Below are positions 1-9,999 of a DNA stretch of 49,102 nucleotides, piece by piece. The notes under the pieces were generated by a model. That model was given only the letters and a program-made list of their open reading frames with translations, was not told where the DNA came from and made no database searches. The stretch's first letter is position 1, and every line of letters starts with the position of its first letter. Source of the DNA: Armatimonadota bacterium (GTDB taxonomy: Bacteria > Armatimonadota > Fimbriimonadia > Fimbriimonadales > Fimbriimonadaceae); NCBI GenBank assembly GCA_031400935.1, contig JANNQV010000054.1:1-49102 (forward strand). The letters run 5' to 3'. Position numbers and translations under genes: made by a program.

Positions 1-258
1 AATGCTCGGAATTCGGTCTGCCGCATTGAGACCAGGCAACTAGGCCCGTTATGCCTTCGATGTCGCCCGAAATGTATACGTTCATGTATTTTGGGAGTGC
101 GCGGGCTTGACCGCGCTTTGAAAGGTTGAAAAATGTATAGATGCGCGGTCAAGCCCGCGCACTCCCAAAATACATGAACGTATACATTTCGGGCGACATC
201 GAAGGCATAACGGGCCTAGTTGCCTGGTCTCAATGCGGCAGACCGAATTCCGAGCATT
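1..258. repeat. Perfect 116-bp inverted repeat (1-116 / 143-258, 26-bp spacer) at the window edge
   Basis: Bases 1-116 are the exact reverse complement of 143-258, which includes the first codons of the dppA-like gene. Confidence 0.95.
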
Positions 259-1016
259 TTGACTTTGACTTTGCCCGACGAATGTACACCTACGACATTA
301 ACGCCGCGATTCGCGGCGCCCGCCAGGCGGGAGCAGGGCGGATTGTCGTCAAGGACTCGCACGGCAACAGCAAAAACCTCCTGATTGACGAGTTGGAACC
401 CGGAATTGAGCTGGTCACTGGCTATGGGAGCAAATTTGAAGGCATGATGGTTGGGATTGATTCGTCCTTTGACGCCGCTATGCTCATTGGCTATCACGCA
501 ATGGCTGGAACGCTTCACGGCGTCATGGAACACACAATTTCTGGCAGGGTTCATCGAATGTGGATTAACGGAAAATTGACAGGAGAAATTGGTCTATCAA
601 CCATCACAGCCGGACAATTTGGCGTTCCTCTTGTTGCCATTTCCAGTGATGCTGCCGGATGCGCTGAGGCTCTTGACTTGATTCCTCAAGTTAAAGAGGC
701 CGTTGTTAAGGATGGATTTGGCAGATATATGTCACAGGTCAAACATCCAAACGAAACTGGGCCCATGATCGAAGAAGCCGCTTGCGAAGGGGCGGAAATG
801 GCAAATTCGATACCGCCATATCGAATTGAGTCGCCCTACACGGTTCGAATCGAATTCAATCGGACGGAAGAAGCAGACATGGCCGGCAGAGTTCCTGGGA
901 CATCTCGTAAGGACGCCTATACGATTGAGCGCACCGGCGACGATTGGGAAGACTTGCACAGGTCAATTTGGTGCATGATTTCGATGGCGGAGGCTGGAGC
1001 GCAAGCGAATAATTGA
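174..1016 (+). CDS. dppA: M55 family D-aminopeptidase (DppA-like)
   Basis: N-terminal VYISGDIEGITG, DSHG, IGYHA and MEHTIS motifs; start taken at ATG 174 (MNVYIS). Confidence 0.9.
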   Translation: MNVYISGDIEGITGLVAWSQCGRPNSEHFDFDFARRMYTYDINAAIRGARQAGAGRIVVKDSHGNSKNLLIDELEPGIELVTGYGSKFEGMMVGIDSSFDAAMLIGYHAMAGTLHGVMEHTISGRVHRMWINGKLTGEIGLSTITAGQFGVPLVAISSDAAGCAEALDLIPQVKEAVVKDGFGRYMSQVKHPNETGPMIEEAACEGAEMANSIPPYRIESPYTVRIEFNRTEEADMAGRVPGTSRKDAYTIERTGDDWEDLHRSIWCMISMAEAGAQANN

Positions 1017-1017
1017 T

Positions 1018-1097
1018 GTGACATCGGCGGCCCGCCGACGAAAGATTCAAGTTGAATTCCTTTGGTCAAACCTTCATCGGCGAGACGCCGATGCCAC
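1018..1097. repeat. Inverted pair of GTGG-type REP-like palindromes between convergent genes
   Basis: GTGACATCGGCGGCCCGCCGACG (1018-1040) and, on the minus strand, GTGGCATCGGCGTCTCGCCGATG (1097-1075). Confidence 0.65.
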
Positions 1098-1099
1098 GC

Positions 1100-2758
1100 T
1101 TATGAAATCGTCTTCTTCATTCTTCCTTCCGGCCTTTGCCCGGATATAGGACGTACTGCCACTACGGACTCAGGCTCAATATCCAAGAGCTTTAACCAAT
1201 CGTCTTGTGTATCCGATTTCGGGAAGATCTCGTTCTCTCGAAACTCGTCAGCGATTGCTTTAGACAAATCTTCGGCGGTAACGCCGTGATCGCCGTCCAA
1301 ATCTGCGATCGCCCTTCGAATTGCCGTATCCTTAGCCCGACCCACTACCGATTTCAAAAGCGCTCCACTCACCAAATCGCGCCAGTACAAAACTGAACTT
1401 GTTCCGTTTCGATACATGATTTTGAGAAATTCAGTACTTGAATTTGCTGTCCAAAGTGCTTCAATTGTTCGGTCCAGAAGCTCGATTCTGGCGGCTTCCG
1501 AATCGCATTTATGTTTGGCTAGGAGAATTGGGTCAATGGGGATCGAATCATGTAGATAGAGCCCCAAAATCTCCCGGGAAGCATCTCGATCCGGCCTGCC
1601 GATCTTGATTTTCCGATCAATGCGCTCAGGGCGAAGAATTGCCGGGTCAATGTAATCGGGTCGGTTCGAAGTTAGCATCAAAACAACATTGTTAAGAGCA
1701 ACTAGGCCGTCCAATTCTGCACAAAACTGAGGCACTACCGTATTGCTGATATTGAGCCATCTACCGGAGGAACGAGTTCTCAAAACGGATTCAGCTTCAT
1801 CCAAAAAGATAAAAACTAACCTTCCTTCCTTCGCCTTCTCCCGGGCAATTCTGAAGATTTCTCGAACCATGCGTTCCGTTTCGCCGAGCCACATATTGAG
1901 GATTTTGGGGCCGGAAATATACATGAAATATTCGCGAACTTCATGACCAACACTCTTTGCATACTCCTTTGTTAAATTTGAAGCCGTTGCCTTCCCAATA
2001 AGAGTCTTTCCGCATCCAGGAGGACCGAACAAAAGAATTCCCTTTAGAGGTTTTTTGTCATATTTCTCATAAATCTCTGGATGAAGTAGTGGTTGCTCGA
2101 TCGTTTCTCGAATGAGTCGAATCGCCTCCTCTTGTCCCCCAATGGCAGACCATGGCGTATCAGGGATTTCTTCAAAGAAGAAGTCTTTGTTTTCTTTCTC
2201 TTCAAATAGCTCGACCGCAAGCCGACCAGTGCTATCTAAACGAACCGAATCACCCGCTTCAATGATTTTCTCGTCAAGAGCTTGCGAGCGCCCAATGATT
2301 CGCCCTTCCGCCCCAGGGGCACCAGATGAAATTCTTAGTCTCCCAGCATCCATAGCGGCATCTACTTTGACGACTGAACCGATTTCCGACGAGGGTGCTT
2401 CGCCCAGAATGGCATACGCCTCGTTCAGCCTGACTTTTGAACCTGAAGCGATCAGAGAGCGATCAATTTTGGGATCGGCATTGACGACGTACTCCGAATC
2501 TCCGATCACGACCAATCCTGTTTCGTCATCGAGCCACTTCAAAAAGAGTCCAGTTCGGTTTGCGGGAGAAGTCAGCTTTGTATAAGCTTCTTCAAATTCT
2601 GTGATTTGCCTCTTTAGCTCTTCCGTAACTTCGATTGAACTTCGAAAGTGATCCTCAAGCGTGCCAAGCAGCAACACTGCCTTTGGATCGTTTTCCGGCA
2701 AAATGCGGCGAAGCCTTTCAATGATTTCAACAATATCATCCGTCGAAGCAGAACTCAT
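1100..2758 (-). CDS. arc: Proteasome-associated AAA ATPase, ARC/Mpa-like
   Basis: N-terminal coiled coil and OB-like region; Walker A GPPGCGKT; Walker B IFLDE; IDPAILRPERID; ARC-type IMYRNG..VLYWRDLVSGA segment. Confidence 0.8.
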   Translation of the reverse strand: MSSASTDDIVEIIERLRRILPENDPKAVLLLGTLEDHFRSSIEVTEELKRQITEFEEAYTKLTSPANRTGLFLKWLDDETGLVVIGDSEYVVNADPKIDRSLIASGSKVRLNEAYAILGEAPSSEIGSVVKVDAAMDAGRLRISSGAPGAEGRIIGRSQALDEKIIEAGDSVRLDSTGRLAVELFEEKENKDFFFEEIPDTPWSAIGGQEEAIRLIRETIEQPLLHPEIYEKYDKKPLKGILLFGPPGCGKTLIGKATASNLTKEYAKSVGHEVREYFMYISGPKILNMWLGETERMVREIFRIAREKAKEGRLVFIFLDEAESVLRTRSSGRWLNISNTVVPQFCAELDGLVALNNVVLMLTSNRPDYIDPAILRPERIDRKIKIGRPDRDASREILGLYLHDSIPIDPILLAKHKCDSEAARIELLDRTIEALWTANSSTEFLKIMYRNGTSSVLYWRDLVSGALLKSVVGRAKDTAIRRAIADLDGDHGVTAEDLSKAIADEFRENEIFPKSDTQDDWLKLLDIEPESVVAVRPISGQRPEGRMKKTIS

Positions 2759-2797
2759 AGAAGAATCATACGCTCAAACTGAAAAATATGCTCGTGC

Positions 2798-4102
2798 TCA
2801 ATCAAGAAATCTTGCAACAGCCAAGATAGTCGCATCTGCCGCCGCCATGATATGCCCTTTTGATGTTCGTGTTTCAGCCATTACAGGGGTTTCCACTCCG
2901 TTCTGCCAAGCCCAACCTCGCACCAGAACTCGGTCTTCCATGCCTTCTGAATGATGCAGAGAAACATCGCCAATGCGGTAACGCAGTTCTTGACGAAGGC
3001 GATTTATGGCGTTTGCCGTGGCCGTCGCAACAGATTCGATCGCCGACACTCCGCTTGCTCGGGCATGAACGCCTCGCACAATTTCGCCGTTGACCTCCAA
3101 AGTGACCATACTCACGCCTCGGTCGGAATTTTCATCAACTGAGACTTCCGTAACGACAGGCAAATTGGCTGCATCAGGTACTGGACTTGGACTGGGTCCA
3201 TCTAGCGATTCCAATTGACTTTCTGATTGAACAGCTTCTTGATGAGCTTGAAATGTAATTTCTTTCGGCGATGCGACAACTGGGGTGCTCGTGCCCTTTG
3301 CTTCCATGCACTTTCGGCTTGCAATGTTGATCAAATTGTCTACAGTGGCGGCGTAGTGAACCTTTTCTCTTTCATGAGTTCGGCGGCCACCAAAAACGCC
3401 TATTGAAGCCGAAATGGATTGTTCAGTCTCCATGAAGACAAGTCCATTGACTGCTTCGCGTACATGTTTTGCAAGTGCTTCGGCATCGTCTCGAAGCAGG
3501 TTTGTCCCTATTGCAAACTCGTCGCCACCATATCGCACCAGCACGTCCGTTTCGTGATTCACCACTTCTCGCAGGCGATGCGCGACTGCCTGCAATACTG
3601 TATCGCCAATGATATGGCCAAATTTCTTGTTGTATTGACCAAAGTCATCAAGGTCAAGGAACAGGATTGATATCTCCTGCCCTTCTTTGAGCTGTTCAAT
3701 TCCCCATTCTCTCAAACGATCTGACCACGGAAGCTCTGTCAACGGATCCCAAGTTCTTGCCATGTCCGCCAGAAGCATAGATGCCGTAAGAATGCCTCTA
3801 AATTGGCCATCTTCAGTGACGGCAACGTATTCTCGGCCAGAATTGGCAACAATCCCTGCTGCTTCACGAATTGACATTGTGTAGTCAACTGTTTCTCCGA
3901 GGTCGCCCATCACATCTTGAACCTTGCCGGCATCGTTTGCGCTCATCAAATTCTCAATGGAAAACATGCCCACTAATTCGGAGCCCCGCATCACACCAAC
4001 AGCTCTTACCAGATGACCCGTCAAAACGTGCCTGGCCGTTTCAACGAGGTGATCAGGATTCACCCAAATGGGTTTAAGCTTGCATTGTGCAACAGTCTTC
4101 AA
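2798..4102 (-). CDS. CBS-pair + GGDEF diguanylate cyclase with extra C-terminal domain
   Basis: Two CBS-like repeats; DPLT, FLDLDDFGQYN..GHIIGD and intact RYGGDEF. Confidence 0.85.
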   Translation of the reverse strand: MKTVAQCKLKPIWVNPDHLVETARHVLTGHLVRAVGVMRGSELVGMFSIENLMSANDAGKVQDVMGDLGETVDYTMSIREAAGIVANSGREYVAVTEDGQFRGILTASMLLADMARTWDPLTELPWSDRLREWGIEQLKEGQEISILFLDLDDFGQYNKKFGHIIGDTVLQAVAHRLREVVNHETDVLVRYGGDEFAIGTNLLRDDAEALAKHVREAVNGLVFMETEQSISASIGVFGGRRTHEREKVHYAATVDNLINIASRKCMEAKGTSTPVVASPKEITFQAHQEAVQSESQLESLDGPSPSPVPDAANLPVVTEVSVDENSDRGVSMVTLEVNGEIVRGVHARASGVSAIESVATATANAINRLRQELRYRIGDVSLHHSEGMEDRVLVRGWAWQNGVETPVMAETRTSKGHIMAAADATILAVARFLD

Positions 4103-4282
4103 TTCCGCCCCTAACTTCAGATCGCCAAAAACTAGTCAACCATTACTAGTCTTAGTTTTCAGGTTTCTCCCATTCAACAACAATCATTTGTGAAAGCAAA
4201 TTACATTGCTTTGCACGCACCCTTTAGGATATCTTTGATTGATCAGCAATCTACACAGGTGAAATACCTGCTTTTTGGCTAA

Positions 4283-5293
4283 TTAGAGATCGGCAACTAT
4301 ACTTTGAACGAATTTCTCAGCAATTTGCCCAATTAGCGGGTCAGATTGTACTTTCTCTGAGAACCTTGTCGCAAACACGTATGCCTTTGACTGCTCAATA
4401 CGAAAGAACTTCGCAACGTCAGCTTCTCCTAAAAGTGCGACCTTGAGCATTACATAGATGGCAAGGTCAAAAGGCACAACATTTCCCCATTCAGAAGGTT
4501 GAAGTTGCTTTGCCTTTTCAGCAATGTGCTCCCGTAGGTCCCATCCAGAATTCGCGCTAAAGAACGGATTAAGAATCCCACAAGCTTGCAATGCTGATTC
4601 CGGACTTTTCCAATCCGATTGCGCGAGCCGAAGCCGTTTAATGGCGCCGAGCATATTGCGCCCATTGCCTTCTAGCCTGGATGCCAAAATCCTTTCGAGC
4701 GTTGCCGAAAGCTCCACGCATTCCCTTCTGCCAAGTTGTCCAAGAATTCTTTGGCGTTCCTCACCTGGTGCAGCCTTGATCGTTGCTACGACCCATTCGC
4801 GAGAATTCGGCAATGCATGCCGAATAGCTCGTGTAACTTTTGAATCTGTAAAGCTAAGCAATGTGGGCCTTCCGCCCTTTAGCCTTCGTTCGAGCATGAT
4901 TTGAAATTGGTTTCGAGTTCGGGATTTCTGGATTAACTCTTGTGCATTATCTAAAATCAGGGTTCCGTTCGTGACTCGAGTTCTATTGTTTGCGACCCAG
5001 TCTTGGGCAGAAATAACTTGCACGAGGCCACGATCTCTGTCGCGACTCATTTGGTCTGCCGCCGCTAACAATAAATGGCTCTTGCCCCACCCACTCGGAC
5101 CAATTATCGCGACGAAGGGATTGATTCCGCTCGAAAAACGAATAGCGGACTCCACTGCACGAATATTTGAGGGTACTACTCCAAAATTAGCGAAGTCCTT
5201 TTCAGCAAATGAAAACAAGATGTCCGACATTCTCGGACGAATTGCAATCGGCTGAATGGGATAATTTAGAGTTGCGCTCGAACTTCGATCCAT
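4283..5293 (-). CDS. Short DnaA/Hda-like AAA+ ATPase
   Basis: FANFGVVPSN..A motif; Walker A GPSGWGKSHLL; LILDNAQ; sensor GNGRNMLGAIKRL; no DnaA domains I/II. Confidence 0.7.
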   Translation of the reverse strand: MDRSSSATLNYPIQPIAIRPRMSDILFSFAEKDFANFGVVPSNIRAVESAIRFSSGINPFVAIIGPSGWGKSHLLLAAADQMSRDRDRGLVQVISAQDWVANNRTRVTNGTLILDNAQELIQKSRTRNQFQIMLERRLKGGRPTLLSFTDSKVTRAIRHALPNSREWVVATIKAAPGEERQRILGQLGRRECVELSATLERILASRLEGNGRNMLGAIKRLRLAQSDWKSPESALQACGILNPFFSANSGWDLREHIAEKAKQLQPSEWGNVVPFDLAIYVMLKVALLGEADVAKFFRIEQSKAYVFATRFSEKVQSDPLIGQIAEKFVQSIVADL

Positions 5294-5509
5294 CGTGAAT
5301 ATATCTTCCTGAACCCTGAATTTCCCCTTCGCTCAATTGCAAACATTGAACACCTACATTTTTCGGAATCGTGGTCAAGTGGTCAAGTGGCGCATAATGG
5401 CAGTTTTAAGCTATCTATCGCTTGTTTTCTGCGATTATCTTGCAAAAAGTCTGTTTATCAGCTTTTGCAAATGTTTTCCACAAAACTCGATTTTAGTTTG
5501 TTTTGCATA

Positions 5510-6766
5510 CTAGTGCCGAATCTTGGGCCAAAATTTCGCAAACTCAAACTGTGGACTGTGGTCCGGAACATGGCAAGGCTGGCATGACTTTCCACCGACT
5601 TTCGGCAGGCGGAATTTCATCGGAGTCTTTGAATGGTCTAAACCAGGGCCATGACATGATTCGCAACCCACATTCGCCAGCTGTGGCGTTGCTTTGAGGC
5701 TCTTAAACCCAGGACTAGAATTGAGGCCAACAACATGGCATCCGACGCAATCTGGGTCCCAATCCTGCTTTGTCTTGGCAAGCGTAGCGAGTGCCTTTGC
5801 ATGTTTTGAGTCTTTCCAGACCCTTGCGGCTGTTGGGTGACAGGACATACATTTGGCATTTCCGGCAAAGCTCTTTCCATGCTTTCGAGGCACTTTTGCG
5901 AGGAGTCCTGCACCCTTTACTCTAGCTAAGTATCGTTCAAAGACAGTCTTTGTAAAAGCATCGTCCTTCGTGCTTGCCACTATCTCAACCGATCTCGCTT
6001 GAGAAAATTGGTTGCCATCAAAATCAATCGCCAATAGGTATTTCCCCTTCTCTCCAGGTGAAAAGAACTTGCAACTGCCAAGCTGCTCTACTCTTGAGAT
6101 TGCTGGGCCGTTGGATGTATAGATCACTATATCTACCTTCTCCACACCAGGAAGCTCCTTGGCAGTCGCAAGCGGCCCATCAAATATCAGCACTGATAGG
6201 GCTTCGGCATCTTGTGCCGTCGAAACCAAATCGCCTATCGCAGCGCCTTGAGTCCGTGCTTTTTCTCCTAATATAGAAGGGATGAACTTGGGCGGATCAG
6301 TTAGCGACCCAATTACAAATCCTCGATGAAAGATCAAGGGTTCTATTCTTGGCCTGTTATCGGGCAAAAATTCCGAGTGAACCAGCTTCGGGCCAACCAG
6401 ATTTTGCAAGGAGACAATGGCTCCGATTCCGAGTCCAACTTCTCGTTTCGTTATTGCAATTGCTGCGACGCCAAGTTTGGCTGAAACTTCACCAATCGCT
6501 TCTAATTTGAGCTGATCTTGTTTAGAGTTTCCATGAACCAGCGGCCCCGTTTCAATAATTGTTGCTGCCTTCCCGAAGGACAGTTGGCGAACGAGAGTGC
6601 TTCGCCGAAGAATGCCACCTGACATTGGCTTGGTGCATCCGCAGGGAGAGAGATAACCGCCAAGATTTCCGCCAACAATCAGTACGGTGTGGGCCGAGTC
6701 TCGTCGGAAACCAAAGATTGTGTACAGAACGCCTAAAATACCGACAAAAGCCGCAACGAATTTCAT
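5510..6766 (-). CDS. Exported tetraheme c-type cytochrome with UshA-like N-terminal domain
   Basis: Four CxxCH motifs (CMSCH, CVGCH, CESCH, CQPCH); N-terminal GYLSPCGC..GGILRR; hydrophobic N-terminus. Confidence 0.8.
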   Translation of the reverse strand: MKFVAAFVGILGVLYTIFGFRRDSAHTVLIVGGNLGGYLSPCGCTKPMSGGILRRSTLVRQLSFGKAATIIETGPLVHGNSKQDQLKLEAIGEVSAKLGVAAIAITKREVGLGIGAIVSLQNLVGPKLVHSEFLPDNRPRIEPLIFHRGFVIGSLTDPPKFIPSILGEKARTQGAAIGDLVSTAQDAEALSVLIFDGPLATAKELPGVEKVDIVIYTSNGPAISRVEQLGSCKFFSPGEKGKYLLAIDFDGNQFSQARSVEIVASTKDDAFTKTVFERYLARVKGAGLLAKVPRKHGKSFAGNAKCMSCHPTAARVWKDSKHAKALATLAKTKQDWDPDCVGCHVVGLNSSPGFKSLKATPQLANVGCESCHGPGLDHSKTPMKFRLPKVGGKSCQPCHVPDHSPQFEFAKFWPKIRH

Positions 6767-8391
6767 TTCACGATGCCAGTAACGGGAATCTCGATTACGG
6801 GTTGTTCGGGATCATCCGTCTTGATTCTTACCATTGCCCCCATCGGACCGGTAGGCTGTGTGCCATCTAACACCACCGTGATTCGGTATTCAGTCTGGCC
6901 CTTGGATTCGATAACTTTTCCAGTGAGGAACGGAGTGTTTCCAGCTACAGAAAGAATTCGAAAAGGTTTGTTAGGACGGGCAAGGAAAAATGAGCCTCGT
7001 CTAGAACTTCGATCAATTTCTCCAAAATAGACTTGCTCAGGTTGAGCCACAATCCCTGTCTGCACGCTGAAAGAATGTCGCACGACTGGAAATTCAGCTG
7101 AGTCAGTGGCGATCATAACGGTCACACCGAATCTGCCCTTTGGTACACCCTTTGCAACTTTTACATGAACTTTGTATCCAGTTCTGGGAATGGTGCTCTC
7201 TCCAAATTCCGGATCGGGAAGTTCGCCCTTCCAAGGTTCGATAGTTGCCGTTGCAGGAATTCCAGCCGTAGTAACGCTCACAGCTTTGAATTTTGCAGTT
7301 GGATTTAAGGTGAGGAATATGTTTGTTTCAGTTCCATTCTTACCTACCAAGAGCGTGCTTCCTGCAGGCATTAGTGTTCTGTACAAAGGTGCAACCGAAA
7401 TATGAACAGGAATTTCAAACGATGCCTGATTTGGATCGTTTGTTGTGATCAAGAACTTCTTCGCCAAAACACCGACATATTCGTGAGTATCCACTCCGCC
7501 TTTGATCAGTGCAGTTCGGCCAGGTTCGATGTTGATCGTCGGATCTATGAAAAGACACCCGCAATCTGGCCTTGCTTGAACGATCAAGAGCCCTGTTCCA
7601 CTATTTGTAATCTGGAATGAAAGAGGAACAATGTCGCCTTGAACATGATTTCCCAATTGAAAACTTGAAATGTCAAATTGAGCGCTCGACTCCACGTGCC
7701 GAATTTTTGTCTTTTTATCAATGGACTGCTTTAGCGAGTCAACAAGCATCATTGTCTTGCGATAAAACAGCCGATCTGCCGGACTTATTCTTCGCCTTTC
7801 GCGCGAAGCCAAGTCTGATCGAAATCCCAACTCGGCGGACACCGGAGTCGGTTGGCGGCCAAAGTATTCCAAAACCGCATGACCAATCTCATTGTAAACG
7901 TCAATCTGCTCAACAGGTGAGGGCGGGTTACCGCGAAGCAATGAAATGACAGCTTCGACTCTCGGTTCGCTCGCATCCGGCGAAAAGAAAAGGACTGCGC
8001 CCTGGGGCATCAAGTTCTTTTCAGGCAACTTCGGGGAGAAGCTGATTTTTACTCCGCCTGGCTTCTTGAGTTCGATGGTTAGTTCCGGTAGCCCTTCAGC
8101 CAAATCTGCGATCACTTGATTTCGGGCAGATTCAAACTCTGCTTTTCGATTCGCTGGCACCCCCGAATCATCCCATTCAAGTTTCACGTTTCTGCTCGGA
8201 AGTGCCTGCCACGCCTTTGAAGCAGCTTCAAAGTTTCCAAGTTCCAACTGGGACTCCACGCGCTTGCAAAGTTCATGAAAATTTGGGTTTAGACCAGGAT
8301 GCTTGATAGGACCCATTGGAATTTGGGCTAGGAAAATCGAAGCAATTGTAACAAGCATAACTAAAGCTACCTTACGAACGATGATTCCCAA
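6763..8391 (-). CDS. Exported DUF1573-like Ig-fold protein
   Basis: Signal peptide; FQITNSGTG..PDCGC..IEPG motif and ITTNDP / IKTDDP repeats; 4-bp overlap with the cytochrome gene. Confidence 0.65.
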   Translation of the reverse strand: MGIIVRKVALVMLVTIASIFLAQIPMGPIKHPGLNPNFHELCKRVESQLELGNFEAASKAWQALPSRNVKLEWDDSGVPANRKAEFESARNQVIADLAEGLPELTIELKKPGGVKISFSPKLPEKNLMPQGAVLFFSPDASEPRVEAVISLLRGNPPSPVEQIDVYNEIGHAVLEYFGRQPTPVSAELGFRSDLASRERRRISPADRLFYRKTMMLVDSLKQSIDKKTKIRHVESSAQFDISSFQLGNHVQGDIVPLSFQITNSGTGLLIVQARPDCGCLFIDPTINIEPGRTALIKGGVDTHEYVGVLAKKFLITTNDPNQASFEIPVHISVAPLYRTLMPAGSTLLVGKNGTETNIFLTLNPTAKFKAVSVTTAGIPATATIEPWKGELPDPEFGESTIPRTGYKVHVKVAKGVPKGRFGVTVMIATDSAEFPVVRHSFSVQTGIVAQPEQVYFGEIDRSSRRGSFFLARPNKPFRILSVAGNTPFLTGKVIESKGQTEYRITVVLDGTQPTGPMGAMVRIKTDDPEQPVIEIPVTGIVK

Positions 8392-8510
8392 ATATGACGG
8401 GATGAAACTCCAATGATTTCATTTACATCGTCTCGAACTTTAAAAAATGATGGTTTCTCTAAGATTTTGGAACTATTTGCGCCTGCAAGTGTCTTTTCCT
8501 GTAGATTCTT

Positions 8511-9404
8511 ATGGTGAACCGAAAAGGAATTATTCTTGCTGGCGGGTCTGGTAGTCGTCTGTATCCGCTGACTATCGCTGTTAGCAAACAACTGATGCCG
8601 GTTTTTAACAAGCCGATGATCTACTATCCGCTCACGACTTTAATGCTTGCCGGAATTCGGGAAATTCTAATTATTACGACTCCTGAAGATCAATCTGCGT
8701 TCAAAAAATTGCTCGGAGACGGTTCTCAGTGGGGAATCTCGATTTCTTACGAAGTTCAGCCTCAGCCTGGCGGGCTTGCCCAAGCGTTCCACATCGGCAA
8801 AGATTTCGTCGCGGGTGGGCCGAGCACCCTTGTCTTAGGGGACAACATCTTCTATAGCGAAGGATTTTCTGAAAAACTTGCGGAAGCAAATTCAATTGAC
8901 AAAGGGGCAACGGTGTTTGCATACTACGTCCATGATCCGGAAAACTACGGCGTAGTGGAATTTGATGAAGACCAGCGGGCCAAGTCAATCGAGGAGAAGC
9001 CCAAGGTTCCAAAATCGAATTTTGCCGTTACTGGACTCTATTTTTACGATTCTGATGTAACCCAATTTGCAGCAAATCTGAAGCCATCTGCACGAGGCGA
9101 GCTCGAAATCACCGATCTAAATCGTTGCTACCTAAATCGTGGCGACCTTCATGTGGTCAGATTGGGAAGAGGTTTAGCGTGGCTTGACACGGGAACGCAC
9201 GAAGCCCTGATCAAAGCTTCGAATTTCGTCGAAACAATCGAAAGCAGACAGGGGCTCATGGTGGCTTGCCCTGAAGAAGTCGCTTTTCGCAAAGAGTTCA
9301 TCTCGATTGACCAACTAAGAGCACTCGCAGAGCCGCTAAAAAAGAACTCGTATGGCCAATATCTGCTTGCCATCGCGGATCATGGACTTGATAGGCTAAT
9401 CTGA
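8511..9404 (+). CDS. rfbA: Glucose-1-phosphate thymidylyltransferase
   Basis: [39 protein letters not shown]. Confidence 0.97.
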   Translation: MVNRKGIILAGGSGSRLYPLTIAVSKQLMPVFNKPMIYYPLTTLMLAGIREILIITTPEDQSAFKKLLGDGSQWGISISYEVQPQPGGLAQAFHIGKDFVAGGPSTLVLGDNIFYSEGFSEKLAEANSIDKGATVFAYYVHDPENYGVVEFDEDQRAKSIEEKPKVPKSNFAVTGLYFYDSDVTQFAANLKPSARGELEITDLNRCYLNRGDLHVVRLGRGLAWLDTGTHEALIKASNFVETIESRQGLMVACPEEVAFRKEFISIDQLRALAEPLKKNSYGQYLLAIADHGLDRLI

Positions 9405-9405
9405 A

Positions 9406-9870
9406 ATGAAAATGTTGAAGGATGTTCAAATAAAAGAGCTTGTCACGCATTGTGACGAGCGCGGATTCTTTCGCGAGATCATTCGCAAAACTGATCCAAT
9501 GTTTGCCGCAGGGTTCGGACAATGGAGCGTGTCAAGGATGAATCAGGGAGTCATCAAAGCGTGGCACCTGCATCAGGTGCAATGGGATTGGTGGTATATC
9601 GGAGGCGGCACGCTAAAGGTTGGGTTGTACGATACTCGAGTAGGTTCAGAAACGTTCGGGCAGACTCAAGTTGTGCTGATGGGTGACCCAAATCCAGCGG
9701 CTGTGCTTGCTATACCCCCAGGAGTCGCACATGGGTGCAAAGTCCTTCAAGGCCCATCACACCTCTTTTACATCACTTCGCAAGTTTACGATCCAAATGA
9801 TGAAGGCAGAATTCCTTACGACGATGCTGAAATCGGGTTCGATTGGCTTGCTTTGCCGCCGATAACGTAG
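9406..9870 (+). CDS. rfbC: dTDP-4-dehydrorhamnose 3,5-epimerase family
   Basis: DERGFFRE, KAWHLH, IPPGVAHG; follows rfbA. Confidence 0.85.
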   Translation: MKMLKDVQIKELVTHCDERGFFREIIRKTDPMFAAGFGQWSVSRMNQGVIKAWHLHQVQWDWWYIGGGTLKVGLYDTRVGSETFGQTQVVLMGDPNPAAVLAIPPGVAHGCKVLQGPSHLFYITSQVYDPNDEGRIPYDDAEIGFDWLALPPIT

Positions 9871-9999
9871 GTTGGATGGTTTGGATGGGGTCAAAGATGC
9901 GACAGTGGATCGAATATTAGAAAGAGGTTGTTGAATTGTTGAACTGCCACCGCCAACTGCAGGCTGACAATCATCAACCAATTACCCAATTACCCAAAA

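Noticed and set aside
174..2758. DppA as the protease partner of the ARC-like ATPase
   Set aside because: The genes are convergent and separated by REP-like hairpins; adjacency alone is not evidence
4103..4282. oriC beside the DnaA-like gene
   Set aside because: AT-rich, but no cluster of consensus DnaA boxes and no dnaN/gyrB context
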